DNA from: Malacoraja senta
Taxonomy: Eukaryota
Assembly: GCA_038087875.1 (NCBI GenBank)
Contig: CM075992.1
Coordinates: 808,001-872,000 of the forward strand
Length of the DNA: 64,000 nucleotides
Direction of reading: 5' to 3'
Shown: in pieces, positions 63,391 through 64,000 of the stretch
Numbering within the stretch: position 1 is the stretch's first letter
Layout of the letters: the number at the start of each line of letters is the position of its first letter
Translations under genes and position numbers: made by a program
The notes under the pieces: model-generated
What the model saw: only the letters and a program-made list of their open reading frames with translations
What the model was told of the DNA's origin: nothing
Database searches by the model: none

Positions 63391-64000
63391 GTGTCGGCAA
63401 ATGCTTCAACTGTGGAGGAAGAGGTGGGTTCGCAGCCTGTGGTCGTAGCCCATGTGTTTGTGGGACCATATCTCAAGGAGGACCAGGCTTTGTGGAGGTG
63501 AGACTGGCACAGGTGAACTGTACTCTCAAGAAACGCTGGTTAACACGGGGAAATGTTCTCAGAGATGGTCTTGGAGAACATTCAGTAGTATTGGTAGATA
63601 CTTTATTATCACATGTGACATGTCACAGTGGCATTCTGGATGATCAGGCATGATCATGTTGAATGGCGGTGCTGGCTCGAAGGGCCGAATGGCCTACTCC
63701 TGCACCTATTCTTCTATGTTTCTAATTGTTTGTTTTGCATACCGTACACAAAGTATGCAAAGTCTCTCCACGTACAGGGCAGCGACCATGTCACACACTA
63801 GAGCTCCAGTTCCTAATCTCCCTCTAACACACTGGGGCCCCAGTTAAACACAGCAGTGTCTTTAGTCATTCTGCCTCAGTGAGTCCCCTCATCCATGTTA
63901 CCTGTCAGAGAAATCCACTGCTCTGGGAAGGATAGGATGGATGGATAGGATAGGTTTAGAGGGATATGGACCAAATGCTGGCAGGTGGGACTAGTGTAGC

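Overview
Repeat-rich vertebrate genomic DNA. The repeat families (HE1-type tRNA SINEs, CR1, Rex1-Babar, Penelope-derived palindromic elements) suggest a cartilaginous fish, probably a skate or ray; this is inference. Five spliced genes, all with human orthologues on 19p13, were reconstructed by eye from splice sites and protein similarity: (1) the last two exons of a GMIP-like RhoGAP (+); (2) only the last exon of NDUFB7 (+), next to a 200-N gap; (3) a complete 13-exon TECR (-), with a candidate alternative long first exon and an apparent 1-nt excess in exon 3; (4) the two-exon NXNL1 (+), which keeps the in-frame stop at the intron-1 donor that yields 109-aa RdCVF; (5) the last three exons of COLGALT1 (-, ends in RDEL). 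The most notable signals are many copies of a minimal hammerhead-ribozyme core inside the commonest repeat, a six-CCAAT TECR promoter, a multi-step templated junction at an L2 insertion, an inverted CR1 pair just after the NXNL1 stop codon, and a duplicated ~150-bp element downstream of COLGALT1. All family assignments come from recalled similarity, not from database searches.
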